Origin: a virus
Length of the DNA: 64,000 nt
IMG/VR virus record: IMGVR_UViG_3300028024_000105
Location: 32,811-96,810 of that record
Reading direction: 5' to 3' (one strand)
In this document: one piece after another, positions 16,720-24,633 of the stretch
How positions within the stretch are numbered: position 1 is the first letter of the stretch
Layout: the number at the start of each line of letters is the position of its first letter
Made by a program: the position numbers and the translations under genes
The notes under the pieces: model-generated
Seen by the model: only the letters and a program-made list of their open reading frames with translations
Database searches by the model: none
Told to the model about the DNA's origin: nothing

Positions 16720-17571
16720 ATGACCATCGAAGTTCGAACCAAGGCACAATTCGAGGCCGCGCTCAAGATTCCCAACTCCATCATCGACATCCTGGAGGGC
16801 ATCTACGAGCTGGTGACGTACGGAAGCGAGGCTCCGTTCATCCGGCTGTTCGGCAAGGCCGAACTGACCGTCGAGGCGCGGGGATCGTCCCAGCCGCGCG
16901 TCGAGGCGTGGGGATCGTCCCAGCCGCGCGTCGAGGCGTGGGGATCGTCCCAGCCGCGCGTCGTGGCGTGGGAATCGTCCCAGCCGCGCGTCGAGGCGTG
17001 GGGATCGTCCCAGCCGCGCGTCGAGGCGTGGGAATCGTCCCAGCCGCGCGTCGTGGCGTGGGAATCGTCCCAGCCGCGCGTCGAGGCGTCCGGTTTCGTG
17101 CAGCTTTCGCTTCTCGGCAAGATCGTCGCGAAAGCTGCAGCGAAGGTCGCCGTGCTGATCGAGGGTGACGGCCCGAAGGTCACGGGCGGGAAGCAGATCC
17201 GCCGCCAGCTCTTCAAGAACGGGAAGGGATGGTGCGAGTATTACGGAGTCCCGGTCAAGGCAGGGAAGGCCATCGTGTTCAAGGCCCTCGACAAGGACCT
17301 TCGGAGCAGTCACGGTCTCGTCTATCCGGTCGGCGCGACCGTCAAGAGCGACGGCTGGAACAAGAACGAGTGCGATCAGGGACTCCACTTCATCCCTACG
17401 CCCAAGATGGGATACGAGTTCGCGCCGGAGGCCGAGCGGTTCGTCGCGTGTGAAGTCGCCGTGAAGGACATGCTCGTCTTCTCCACCGGCTCGTACCCGA
17501 ACAAGGCGAAGGCTCCGGAGTGCAAGGTCCTCTACGAGTGCAACGACGACGGCGAGGAGATCAAGAAGTAG
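16720..17571 (+). CDS. decapeptide-repeat protein with a C-terminal conserved phage domain
   Basis: 7 copies of V[EV]A[WR][GE]SSQPR; C-terminal VFKA...YPVG...ECDQGLHF. Confidence 0.8.
   Translation: MTIEVRTKAQFEAALKIPNSIIDILEGIYELVTYGSEAPFIRLFGKAELTVEARGSSQPRVEAWGSSQPRVEAWGSSQPRVVAWESSQPRVEAWGSSQPRVEAWESSQPRVVAWESSQPRVEASGFVQLSLLGKIVAKAAAKVAVLIEGDGPKVTGGKQIRRQLFKNGKGWCEYYGVPVKAGKAIVFKALDKDLRSSHGLVYPVGATVKSDGWNKNECDQGLHFIPTPKMGYEFAPEAERFVACEVAVKDMLVFSTGSYPNKAKAPECKVLYECNDDGEEIKK
16870..17088 (+). repeat. 30-bp coding tandem repeat, about 7.3 copies
   Basis: Unit gtcgaggcgtggggatcgtcccagccgcgc with minor variants. Confidence 0.95.
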
Positions 17572-17592
17572 ATCAACGCCCTTTTCTTTCAA

Positions 17593-17630
17593 CCCCGGCG
17601 ATGCATCCAAGTGTCGCCGGGGTTTTTCTT
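17593..17630 (+). terminator. intrinsic terminator
   Basis: CCCCGGCGA...TCGCCGGGG-TTTTTCTT. Confidence 0.85.
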
Positions 17631-17674
17631 TTCCCACCGTTCGAATTGTGTTTCGTCACCGCGTCTGACGGAGC

Positions 17675-18160
17675 ATGCAAGCGACCCTGGACGCGCGGCG
17701 CATCCGGCTGACGGCGCCGCCGAGCCATTCGTCCGAGGGTACACCGCCGGTTCTCCTAGACGGCGTCGTGATTGGTCGAGCCCGGCGAAGCACCAGCCGA
17801 CTGGTGTTCGGGTACGGCCGGTACATCGTGAAGGTCGGCCACCAGAGCAGGAACGAAGTCGAAGTCTGGGATGGGCTTCCCGATGTAGACCGGCCGTACT
17901 TCGCGGCCCCAGTGGCGTGGGGGACCGTTGAAGGCGACGTCGAGCGCCGTTGGTGGGTCGCCCAGCGCGTGCTCCCGATCAAGCGTGCCCTTCAGTGCTA
18001 CAGCCTGGCCGAGTGGCAGACCGCCTGGGAGGAACTCTATCCCGTGCTTCTGCGCAACGACATCCGCGACGTGCTGTTCGACGAGGTCATCGGCATGCCG
18101 CGTCCGCACAACTGGACCATCGTCGATGACGCTCCTGTCGTGTTCGATTACGCTTCGTAG
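17675..18160 (+). CDS. small protein-kinase-like fold protein (putative)
   Basis: SRLVF, IVKV, NEVEVW, WVAQ, DIRDV...HNW...VVFDY; CGTCTGAC-N5-ATG start. Confidence 0.55.
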   Translation: MQATLDARRIRLTAPPSHSSEGTPPVLLDGVVIGRARRSTSRLVFGYGRYIVKVGHQSRNEVEVWDGLPDVDRPYFAAPVAWGTVEGDVERRWWVAQRVLPIKRALQCYSLAEWQTAWEELYPVLLRNDIRDVLFDEVIGMPRPHNWTIVDDAPVVFDYAS

Positions 18161-18172
18161 CCGGAGACCGAA

Positions 18173-18385
18173 ATGATCCACAGCGTGCAGATGCGTCCGT
18201 TGCTGAAAGGCGAAGCCTATCCGCCGGAAACCCGGGACATGAACCGGACGCCGCCGAAGCCCGCGCGATGCGAGGGATGCAAGGCGGTCCACACGCCGCG
18301 CGACCCGCTCTTCAAGGCGACGCCGATGATGGCGCCAGAGTTCATCACGTGCTGGTACTGCTTCCAGATGGGGAAGTCGGGCTAG
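18173..18385 (+). CDS. small Zn-binding protein
   Basis: CEGC...CWYC; SD GGAG. Confidence 0.55.
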   Translation: MIHSVQMRPLLKGEAYPPETRDMNRTPPKPARCEGCKAVHTPRDPLFKATPMMAPEFITCWYCFQMGKSG

Positions 18386-18606
18386 CTGTACTGCTCCGCG
18401 TAGGGCTGCAGAGCCTGGATCACGGTAGGTGGGATGTCGATCTCTTCGGTACCGCTGGTCGTGCCCACTTCGAGGGCGAAGGCGAGGGACGCCGACTCTC
18501 GTCCGCCCGGTGCGAAGACGAACCCCTGGTACTCGCCGGGCTCGCGAGTCGATCCGTCCAGTTCCATCCACCACCCCAAGGGCAGCCTGATCTTCTTGTT
18601 GGCCAT
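18382..18606 (-). CDS. hypothetical protein
   Basis: SD AGAAAGGA; class I promoter on the - strand at 18632-18660. Confidence 0.7.
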   Translation of the reverse strand: MANKKIRLPLGWWMELDGSTREPGEYQGFVFAPGGRESASLAFALEVGTTSGTEEIDIPPTVIQALQPYAEQYS

Positions 18607-18631
18607 CGTCGTGTCCTTTCTGTTCATGTAG

Positions 18632-18715
18632 GTAAGACGCCGAGGGCTCTCGTTCGTTACCGGGAATGCAGATAATCGCATTCCGTGTAACAGTCATGCA
18701 GGTTTGGCGTCTCAC
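18632..18715. promoter_or_regulatory. divergent pair of class I promoters with a central TGCAGATA box
   Basis: - strand GTAAC(18660-18656)-N16-CGTCTTAC; + strand GTAAC(18687)-N16-CGTCTCAC(18708). Confidence 0.7.
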
Positions 18716-18739
18716 TCATGTGAACAGAAAGGAGATCGG

Positions 18740-20188
18740 ATGAACTGGTTCGAGGTCGACAAGAAGGGCCTAGCCAATCTGCTGGGACGCCGGGGCAAGG
18801 CGTTCCTCGTGCACGAGCTGGTCCAGAACGCCTGGGACACGAACGCGACGCGCGTCGACGTGAACCTCGTGTCGCTGCCCGGCCGCAAGCTGGCCCGGCT
18901 GACCGTGGAAGACGACGACCCGGAGGGCTTCAAGGACATCTCGCACGCCTTCACGCTCTTCGCGGAGTCCGCCAAGAAAGGCGACGCCGAGAAGCGTGGG
19001 CGCTTCAACCTTGGCGAGAAGCTCGTCCTCGCGCTCTGCAAAGAGGCGAAGATCACGACGACGACCGGAGGGGTCAAGTTCAGCGACAAGGGGCGCCAAG
19101 TGATCGGCGCCACGACCATGTCCGGTTCCATCTTCGAAGCCCTGATCCCGCTGACCGACGCCGAGTTGGGCGAGATGACCAAGTCGGTCGCGTGTCTGAT
19201 CCCGCCCGCCGGGATCGCCACGTTCTACAACGGCGACGCGCTCCTGGAGCGCATGCCGCTCCACGAGTTCGAGATCACGCTCCCGACGGAGATCGCCAAC
19301 GCCGAGGGCCAGCTCCGGCGGACCGAGCGCAAGACCAAGGTGCAGGTCTTCGATCCGCAGGATGGAGAGCAGGCCAGCATCTACGAGATGGGCATCCCCA
19401 TCGTCGAGACCGAGGACAAGTGGCACTACAACGTGCTGCAGAAGGTCCCGCTCAACATGGATCGGGACAACGTGACGCCGCACTACCTCAAGACGGTGCG
19501 CGCGGCCGTGCTGAACGCCATGCACGAGAAGCTCACGCCCGAGGACGCCAGCACCCCGTGGGTGCGCGAGGGCGCGGCCGACGAGAACGCCACCAAGGAA
19601 GCCACCGAGAAGGTGATGGACCTTCGCTTCGGGAAGAAGCGCGTCATCTTCGACCCCTCCGACCTGGAGGGCAACAAGCTCGCCGTGTCCGAAGGCTACA
19701 CCGTGATTCCGCCCCGGTCCCTGAACAAGGACGAGTGGGACAACGTCCGCAAGCACGACCTAGCAAAGCCCGCCGGGCAGGTCACGCCGTCGCCCAAGCC
19801 CTACTCGCCCGAGGGCGACCCGCTCAAGATCCTGCCCGAGCTGGAGTGGACCGACCCCATGAAGCGGGTGGCCGAGTACGCGCGCTGGCTCGCGCAGGAG
19901 CTGCTGGGGAACAACCGCCTGCACGTGATCATCGCGCGCGAGGCAACGTGGCCTTACGGCGCGACCTACGGCATGGATCAGTTGACCCTCAACCTGGGCC
20001 GACTGGGGCACGACTGGTTCAAGTCGGTCGGCCAGCACACGGATCGCTTGCTGATCCATGAGTTCGGGCACCACTACGCGGCGGACCACCTGTCGAAGGA
20101 ATACTACGATGCCCTGTGCAAGCTCGGCGCGAAGATGACGGCCTTGGCCCTGCAGTACCCGGAGGTCTTCAAGGGTTTCCGGATCTGA
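18740..20188 (+). CDS. GHKL (HSP90/MutL-like) ATPase fused to a C-terminal zincin motif
   Basis: VHELVQNAWD, VEDDDPEG, RGRFNLGEK, GSIF; C-terminal LLIHEFGHH...DHL. Confidence 0.8.
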   Translation: MNWFEVDKKGLANLLGRRGKAFLVHELVQNAWDTNATRVDVNLVSLPGRKLARLTVEDDDPEGFKDISHAFTLFAESAKKGDAEKRGRFNLGEKLVLALCKEAKITTTTGGVKFSDKGRQVIGATTMSGSIFEALIPLTDAELGEMTKSVACLIPPAGIATFYNGDALLERMPLHEFEITLPTEIANAEGQLRRTERKTKVQVFDPQDGEQASIYEMGIPIVETEDKWHYNVLQKVPLNMDRDNVTPHYLKTVRAAVLNAMHEKLTPEDASTPWVREGAADENATKEATEKVMDLRFGKKRVIFDPSDLEGNKLAVSEGYTVIPPRSLNKDEWDNVRKHDLAKPAGQVTPSPKPYSPEGDPLKILPELEWTDPMKRVAEYARWLAQELLGNNRLHVIIAREATWPYGATYGMDQLTLNLGRLGHDWFKSVGQHTDRLLIHEFGHHYAADHLSKEYYDALCKLGAKMTALALQYPEVFKGFRI

Positions 20189-20207
20189 ACTAGCCTTTCT
20201 GTTCTGA

Positions 20208-20250
20208 CCCCCGGCAGGAATTTATCGAGACCTGCCGGGGGTTCTTTTTT
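20208..20250 (+). terminator. intrinsic terminator with a 12-nt conserved loop
   Basis: CCCCCGGCAGG-aatttatcgaga-CCTGCCGGGGG-TTCTTTTTT. Confidence 0.85.
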
Positions 20251-20282
20251 CGACATTCCTGCATCGGCGCGTCCTACGGAGC

Positions 20283-20951
20283 ATGAGGTATCTGCTCGCG
20301 CTGCTGCCCCTGCTGATGCAGGACTGGGGCCATCAGGAACGCAGCGGCCTGGACACGGGGGACCTGGCGGCGGCTCTCGAGGAAGCCGACAAGGAAGTGG
20401 TCGAGGTTCAAAAAGAGGCTCGAGAGCTTCGCATCGAGAACAGAGCGACGTTCGAGCAGCTCGAGATCCTCGTCGCCGAGAACGGCACCCTGAAATGGGA
20501 GCTGGAGCGCGCTGGTAGGCATCGGGTGATCAACGCCCTCGAGCGAGTGCTGCTTCAGAGGCTGATGGAGCCCGTGGATCGGTGGCTCGCGGCCCCCATG
20601 ATCTCGAATGAGCCGCTACCCCTAGTCAAAGAGGGCCAGCGCTGGTACGTGCTGGTCATCCAACCACGGAACGCCCTTCGTTCCGGTCCTCTGTGGGTGA
20701 AGTTCTATCTCGACGCGGCGGAAACCGACGCCCGGTGGTACGCCGAACGTGAATCCCAGTTCATGGCGATGTCCATCCACGCGAAGAGCAAGCGTCGCGG
20801 GCTGATCGACGTCCTCGAGCGCCACCTGGTCCTGTCTCTCGGCGACCCAGAGGCCGTCGAGACCATGATCGACGGCACGCCGCATCTGTATCGACTCGTG
20901 ACCAAGGACAGCGACGTCGACAAGCTGCGGAAAGAAGACCTGATCTACTGA
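20283..20951 (+). CDS. hypothetical protein with a signal-like N-terminus and coiled coil
   Basis: MRYLLALLPLL; CGTCCTAC-N5-ATG. Confidence 0.7.
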   Translation: MRYLLALLPLLMQDWGHQERSGLDTGDLAAALEEADKEVVEVQKEARELRIENRATFEQLEILVAENGTLKWELERAGRHRVINALERVLLQRLMEPVDRWLAAPMISNEPLPLVKEGQRWYVLVIQPRNALRSGPLWVKFYLDAAETDARWYAERESQFMAMSIHAKSKRRGLIDVLERHLVLSLGDPEAVETMIDGTPHLYRLVTKDSDVDKLRKEDLIY

Positions 20952-21081
20952 TGCCTCCACGCCGCCGCAAGACACCGCGCCGGAAGCGGCAGCACTGGGT
21001 GACCGGGTCCGCAATGAACATCGACCGACGGCAGCGCGCTCCGCGCCGCCTGAATGAAATCGACGGAAGACAGAGGTAGTT

Positions 21082-21702
21082 ATGAGTCACGCCTGGTTCG
21101 TCGGCGCCCACGGTGTCGAAGGTGTCTTCGAGGCCATGGACATCATGAAGTGCGATCCCGCCGAGTGCGACGACGAGGGCAAGGATCGCTGGGTTGAGTT
21201 CCTCAAGAAGAATGGCCGCTGGGATGATGCCAAGTGCTCGGCGGAAAAGACGGACTCGGTGTTTCTCGACGGTGGCGGCATGGTCATGATCAAAGAGGCC
21301 AAGGTCGCGTGGGAGGCCAACGGCTGCAAGTTCGAGACATACGCCCGGCAGATCCCGATCCTACTGGGCACGTTCAAGCGGATTCTCGGGCGCCCGGTGC
21401 CCGAGTTCCCGAGCTGCACAGGCTTCGGAGGGTTCTGCCGGAAATATTTCTTCTCCCTGAAGACCGTCACAGACTCCATCCCGATCCTGGAACGGCTCGC
21501 CGTCGAGACGGACGAAGATCGTCTGAAGACCGAGGGCGAGCTGCAGGACGCGCTGAACCGCACGCCGAACGCGACGAGCGTCCGGACATGCAGTTGCGAT
21601 TCCGGACGCCAGTACGCCGACTGCTGCGGCAAGGGCACGGAGTCGCCGGAGCAGAACTCGCTTCGGCGCGGCATCACGATGAATCAGGTGGAGAAGAACT
21701 AG
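21082..21702 (+). CDS. SEC-C motif protein
   Basis: CSCDSGRQYADCCG. Confidence 0.65.
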   Translation: MSHAWFVGAHGVEGVFEAMDIMKCDPAECDDEGKDRWVEFLKKNGRWDDAKCSAEKTDSVFLDGGGMVMIKEAKVAWEANGCKFETYARQIPILLGTFKRILGRPVPEFPSCTGFGGFCRKYFFSLKTVTDSIPILERLAVETDEDRLKTEGELQDALNRTPNATSVRTCSCDSGRQYADCCGKGTESPEQNSLRRGITMNQVEKN

Positions 21703-22073
21703 TGAACGACGCGCAGCAGCTCCTCTCCGATCTCGCAGCCAGTCCGTGCGTGTGCTCGGGTCACGCGGCTCTATGCTTCCCGTGTCGAGCGCGCGCCGCA
21801 GGCATGCCGCTGCGGCCGAGCGTGACCGACATGTACCACAAGGTCGCCCAGCTTCGCGTCCAGCAGAAGCTGAAGGAGCGCCTGGAGAAGCGGGGCAAGC
21901 ACGCGTTCATCTCCACGCATGAAATCTACGGCATCGTCGCCGAGGAGTTCAAGGAGCTGGGCGACGCGCTGCAGGCCAACGACCGGGAGGCGTTCGTGTC
22001 GGAACTGGTCGACATCTGTGTCGGCGCCCTGCACGGGATCGCCAGTCACTACTCGGGGGCCCTGGAGTGGTGA
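21702..22073 (+). CDS. MazG-like protein
   Basis: FISTHEIYGIVAEEFKEL...SELVDIC. Confidence 0.65.
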   Translation: MNDAQQLLSDLAASPCVCSGHAALCFPCRARAAGMPLRPSVTDMYHKVAQLRVQQKLKERLEKRGKHAFISTHEIYGIVAEEFKELGDALQANDREAFVSELVDICVGALHGIASHYSGALEW

Positions 22074-22288
22074 GACGGATACCTCCGGCCGCCTTCGACA
22101 TCATCCGGTGCCCGTCTTGCGGCTGCATGGTCGACTTCACGTTCGCCCTGCGCCCGTGCGCGGACTGCGACAAGAAGCTCTGCCACAACTGTGCGTATCG
22201 GACCAACGACATCGCGGATAAGTCCCGCTGCAAGAAATGCTTCCGTAAACGAATTGCGGTAACGAATCCCGTTAAGCGTCGTCCTTGA
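22067..22288 (+). CDS. Zn-finger protein
   Basis: Four CxxC pairs. Confidence 0.55.
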   Translation: MVRRIPPAAFDIIRCPSCGCMVDFTFALRPCADCDKKLCHNCAYRTNDIADKSRCKKCFRKRIAVTNPVKRRP

Positions 22289-22313
22289 CACCATCTAAGG
22301 GAGGGGGCATTCT
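22285..22313 (+). promoter_or_regulatory. sigma70-like promoter for the lipoprotein-integrase unit
   Basis: TTGACA-N17-CATTCT, next to a class I motif at 22259-22283. Confidence 0.5.
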
Positions 22314-22340
22314 TAGGTAGTGTCAAAGAGGGTCACAGCC

Positions 22341-22700
22341 ATGAAGCGTGCTCTGTTGATTCTGTGCCTGGCCGGATGCGTGCCCCAGCCCGCCGAGCTG
22401 CCGCAGGAAGCTCCCACGATCCGCGCGTCTCACCCCGAGTGGAGCGCGAAGGTCTGCGAGGCTGTCGAGCGCGGCCTGATGTGGGAGGGGATGAACATCG
22501 ACCAGTTCCAGTGCTCGGCCCTGTACGGACAGGGCAACGCTCTGGTCTATCCCGACGGCCCCCATCACCATCGGGCCGCCGACACCGCGAGCGAATCCAA
22601 GAACGGCTACATGCTTAGGTACGAGAAGTCGTACGTCTGGATCACCGGCTTCTTCGACAAGGGCGGCATGATGGTCGACTACCGGAAGACGGCTCGCTGA
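22341..22700 (+). CDS. lipoprotein
   Basis: MKRALLILCLAG-C lipobox. Confidence 0.75.
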   Translation: MKRALLILCLAGCVPQPAELPQEAPTIRASHPEWSAKVCEAVERGLMWEGMNIDQFQCSALYGQGNALVYPDGPHHHRAADTASESKNGYMLRYEKSYVWITGFFDKGGMMVDYRKTAR

Positions 22701-23791
22701 TGGGCTACGTCTACCGGCGCGTCTGGCCGAGTGGCAAGGTCCGTTTCATCATCGCCTACACCGACGTCGACGGCCGCACCAAGCGCCGAGTGACGAAGGC
22801 CGAGTCGAAGCTGGTGGCCAAGCGTCTGCTGTCGGCCGCCGAGAACGACGTCGAGCGCGCGAAGCTGCAGGGCATGCAGTCCCGAGACACCATCGTGACC
22901 CGGCCCGAGGTCGTGACGTTCCGCGCCGCAACGGCCGAGTACGTGAAGCACCACGCGTCTAAGCTGAAGGCGAGCACCAAGGACTCGTACGAGCTGATCC
23001 TGGAGAAGCACCTTCTGCCCTCGTTCGGCTCCAGCGCGCTCCGCGACATCACCATCCGCGACGTCGAGAGGTACATGACGGCGCGCCTGGGCGCCGACAA
23101 CGGGGACGGTGGGAAGATCCAGCCCGCCACCGTCCGCAACGAAGTCCACTGCCTGTCGAGCGTGTTCCGGTACGCCGTCCGCTCGGCCATGGTCCAGCAC
23201 AATCCCGTCCGAGATTCCCAGAAGCCGAGGACCGAGCAGAAGATCCTGCGCTTCCTGGACCCGGCCGAGGAGAAGGAGATCCTCTCGCGCGCGTACTCGC
23301 CCCTGCGCGAGGCCATCGTGACCGCCATCCACTCCGGCATGCGCGAGGGGGAACAGGCCGCGCTGCTCTGGTCTGACGTCCGCATGGACGAACGCAAGAT
23401 CATCGTCCGGCACACCAAGAACGGCCGGGACCGGGCCATCGACATGAGCGACACGCTGTACGAGACGCTCAAGAGCCTGATCCGGTACACCGACTGCCCG
23501 TACGTCTTCGTGAACCCGCGCGCGCACGAGCGGTACGAGCGGTTCAACAACACGGCCTGGAGGAAGGTCTTGCGGGACGCCGACGTGAAGAGCCTGCGCT
23601 GGCACGATCTTCGGCACACGTTCTGCTCGCGGCTCGCGCAGCGCGGCGTCCACCCCAAGACGATCATGGAGCTGTCCGGCCACAGCAGCCTGAGCCAAGT
23701 GGAGCGGTATGCCCACATGACGCCGGACCATCGGGCGGCGGCCGTCAAGGTCCTGGACCAGAAGCCCAAGAGGAAGGCCAAGGCGCAGTGA
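22700..23791 (+). CDS. int: tyrosine integrase
   Basis: HSGMREGE (R), TKNG (K), WHDLRHTF (HxxR), LSGHSS...VERYAH (H,Y); arm-binding and SAM-like N-terminal regions. Confidence 0.95.
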   Translation: MGYVYRRVWPSGKVRFIIAYTDVDGRTKRRVTKAESKLVAKRLLSAAENDVERAKLQGMQSRDTIVTRPEVVTFRAATAEYVKHHASKLKASTKDSYELILEKHLLPSFGSSALRDITIRDVERYMTARLGADNGDGGKIQPATVRNEVHCLSSVFRYAVRSAMVQHNPVRDSQKPRTEQKILRFLDPAEEKEILSRAYSPLREAIVTAIHSGMREGEQAALLWSDVRMDERKIIVRHTKNGRDRAIDMSDTLYETLKSLIRYTDCPYVFVNPRAHERYERFNNTAWRKVLRDADVKSLRWHDLRHTFCSRLAQRGVHPKTIMELSGHSSLSQVERYAHMTPDHRAAAVKVLDQKPKRKAKAQ

Positions 23792-23982
23792 TGGACCGAG
23801 TCGACACCTGGCTTGTGCTTCTCGTGGGCCTGCTGCTCTTCGAGATCCTAGCGGTCCCACCCAACGATCAATCATGGAACTCGGATCGCGTCATCATCGG
23901 GATTGTCATCCTGGGGATGACCATGCTCTGCGCGCTGATGCGGTGGTGGGCGTGGCGCGAAAGAAAGCGCAGGGTACCATGA
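23788..23982 (+). CDS. small two-TM membrane protein
   Basis: Two hydrophobic helices, basic C-terminus. Confidence 0.55.
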   Translation: MMDRVDTWLVLLVGLLLFEILAVPPNDQSWNSDRVIIGIVILGMTMLCALMRWWAWRERKRRVP

Positions 23983-24149
23983 AGAGGCTGAAGAATCGGA
24001 CCTGTCCCTACCACTGCAGGTTCTGCGGTGCCCGGCTACGCCGGGACACGAACGGCCACTATTGCCCATCCCGCAACTGCCAGTGGTCTCTGAACGGCTC
24101 CGGCTGTCCGTGCACGTGCACCTAAGATCCCGTCTCGGTCCAAGAGGAC

Positions 24150-24566
24150 ATGAGCGGTCACATCCTTGGCGACATCTCTTCCCAGAAACTCCCCGAGCGA
24201 TTCAGCGCGAGCTACTTCTTCGAGCGCGACTGTTGGATCGACTGCCGGGTTCCTGAGATGATCACCATCGACCCCACGGCCGAGATCGGCTGGGAGGTCA
24301 AGATGGTCTGCATGTCGCACGACATCAACCCCGGTATGTTCGGCCGCCTGGTCGGACGCCCCATCAAGATCGGCGCAAAAGCCTTCATCGCGGGGTTCGC
24401 GCTGTTGTACAATTGCGAGATCGGCGAAGGTGCCGTCGTCGCCGTGGGCTCGGTGGTGAGAAGCCAGAAGGTCGAGCCCTGGACGGTTGTGGCCGGGAAT
24501 CCGGCCGTGCCCGTGAAGCGCTACGACTGGGGCCTGAAGAAGTGGGTCCCGATCCCGCCCCCGTAG
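24150..24566 (+). CDS. hexapeptide-repeat (LbH) acyl/acetyltransferase
   Basis: CMSHD...PIKIGAKAFIA...EIGEGAVVAVGSVV...VVAGNPA; GTCCAAG-N5-ATG. Confidence 0.88.
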   Translation: MSGHILGDISSQKLPERFSASYFFERDCWIDCRVPEMITIDPTAEIGWEVKMVCMSHDINPGMFGRLVGRPIKIGAKAFIAGFALLYNCEIGEGAVVAVGSVVRSQKVEPWTVVAGNPAVPVKRYDWGLKKWVPIPPP

Positions 24567-24633
24567 GTCAATTGGATAGACCATCCGGTTTCTACCCGGA
24601 TAGTTGCAGGTTCGAGTCCTGCCGGGGGTACCA
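24557..24633 (+). tRNA. tRNA-Arg(UCU)
   Basis: Acceptor GCCCCCG/CGGGGGT, D arm, anticodon stem TCCGG-ttTCTac-CCGGA, T arm GCAGG-TTCGAGT-CCTGC, encoded CCA. Confidence 0.92.

Noticed and set aside
16870-17088. 30-bp tandem repeats as a CRISPR array
   Set aside because: Head-to-tail repeats with no unique spacers, in frame within a CDS; no cas genes
24590-24596. Reading the tRNA anticodon as CUA (amber suppressor, recoded phage)
   Set aside because: The 7-nt loop TTTCTAC centres on TCT (Arg), and TAG is used as a normal stop in many genes
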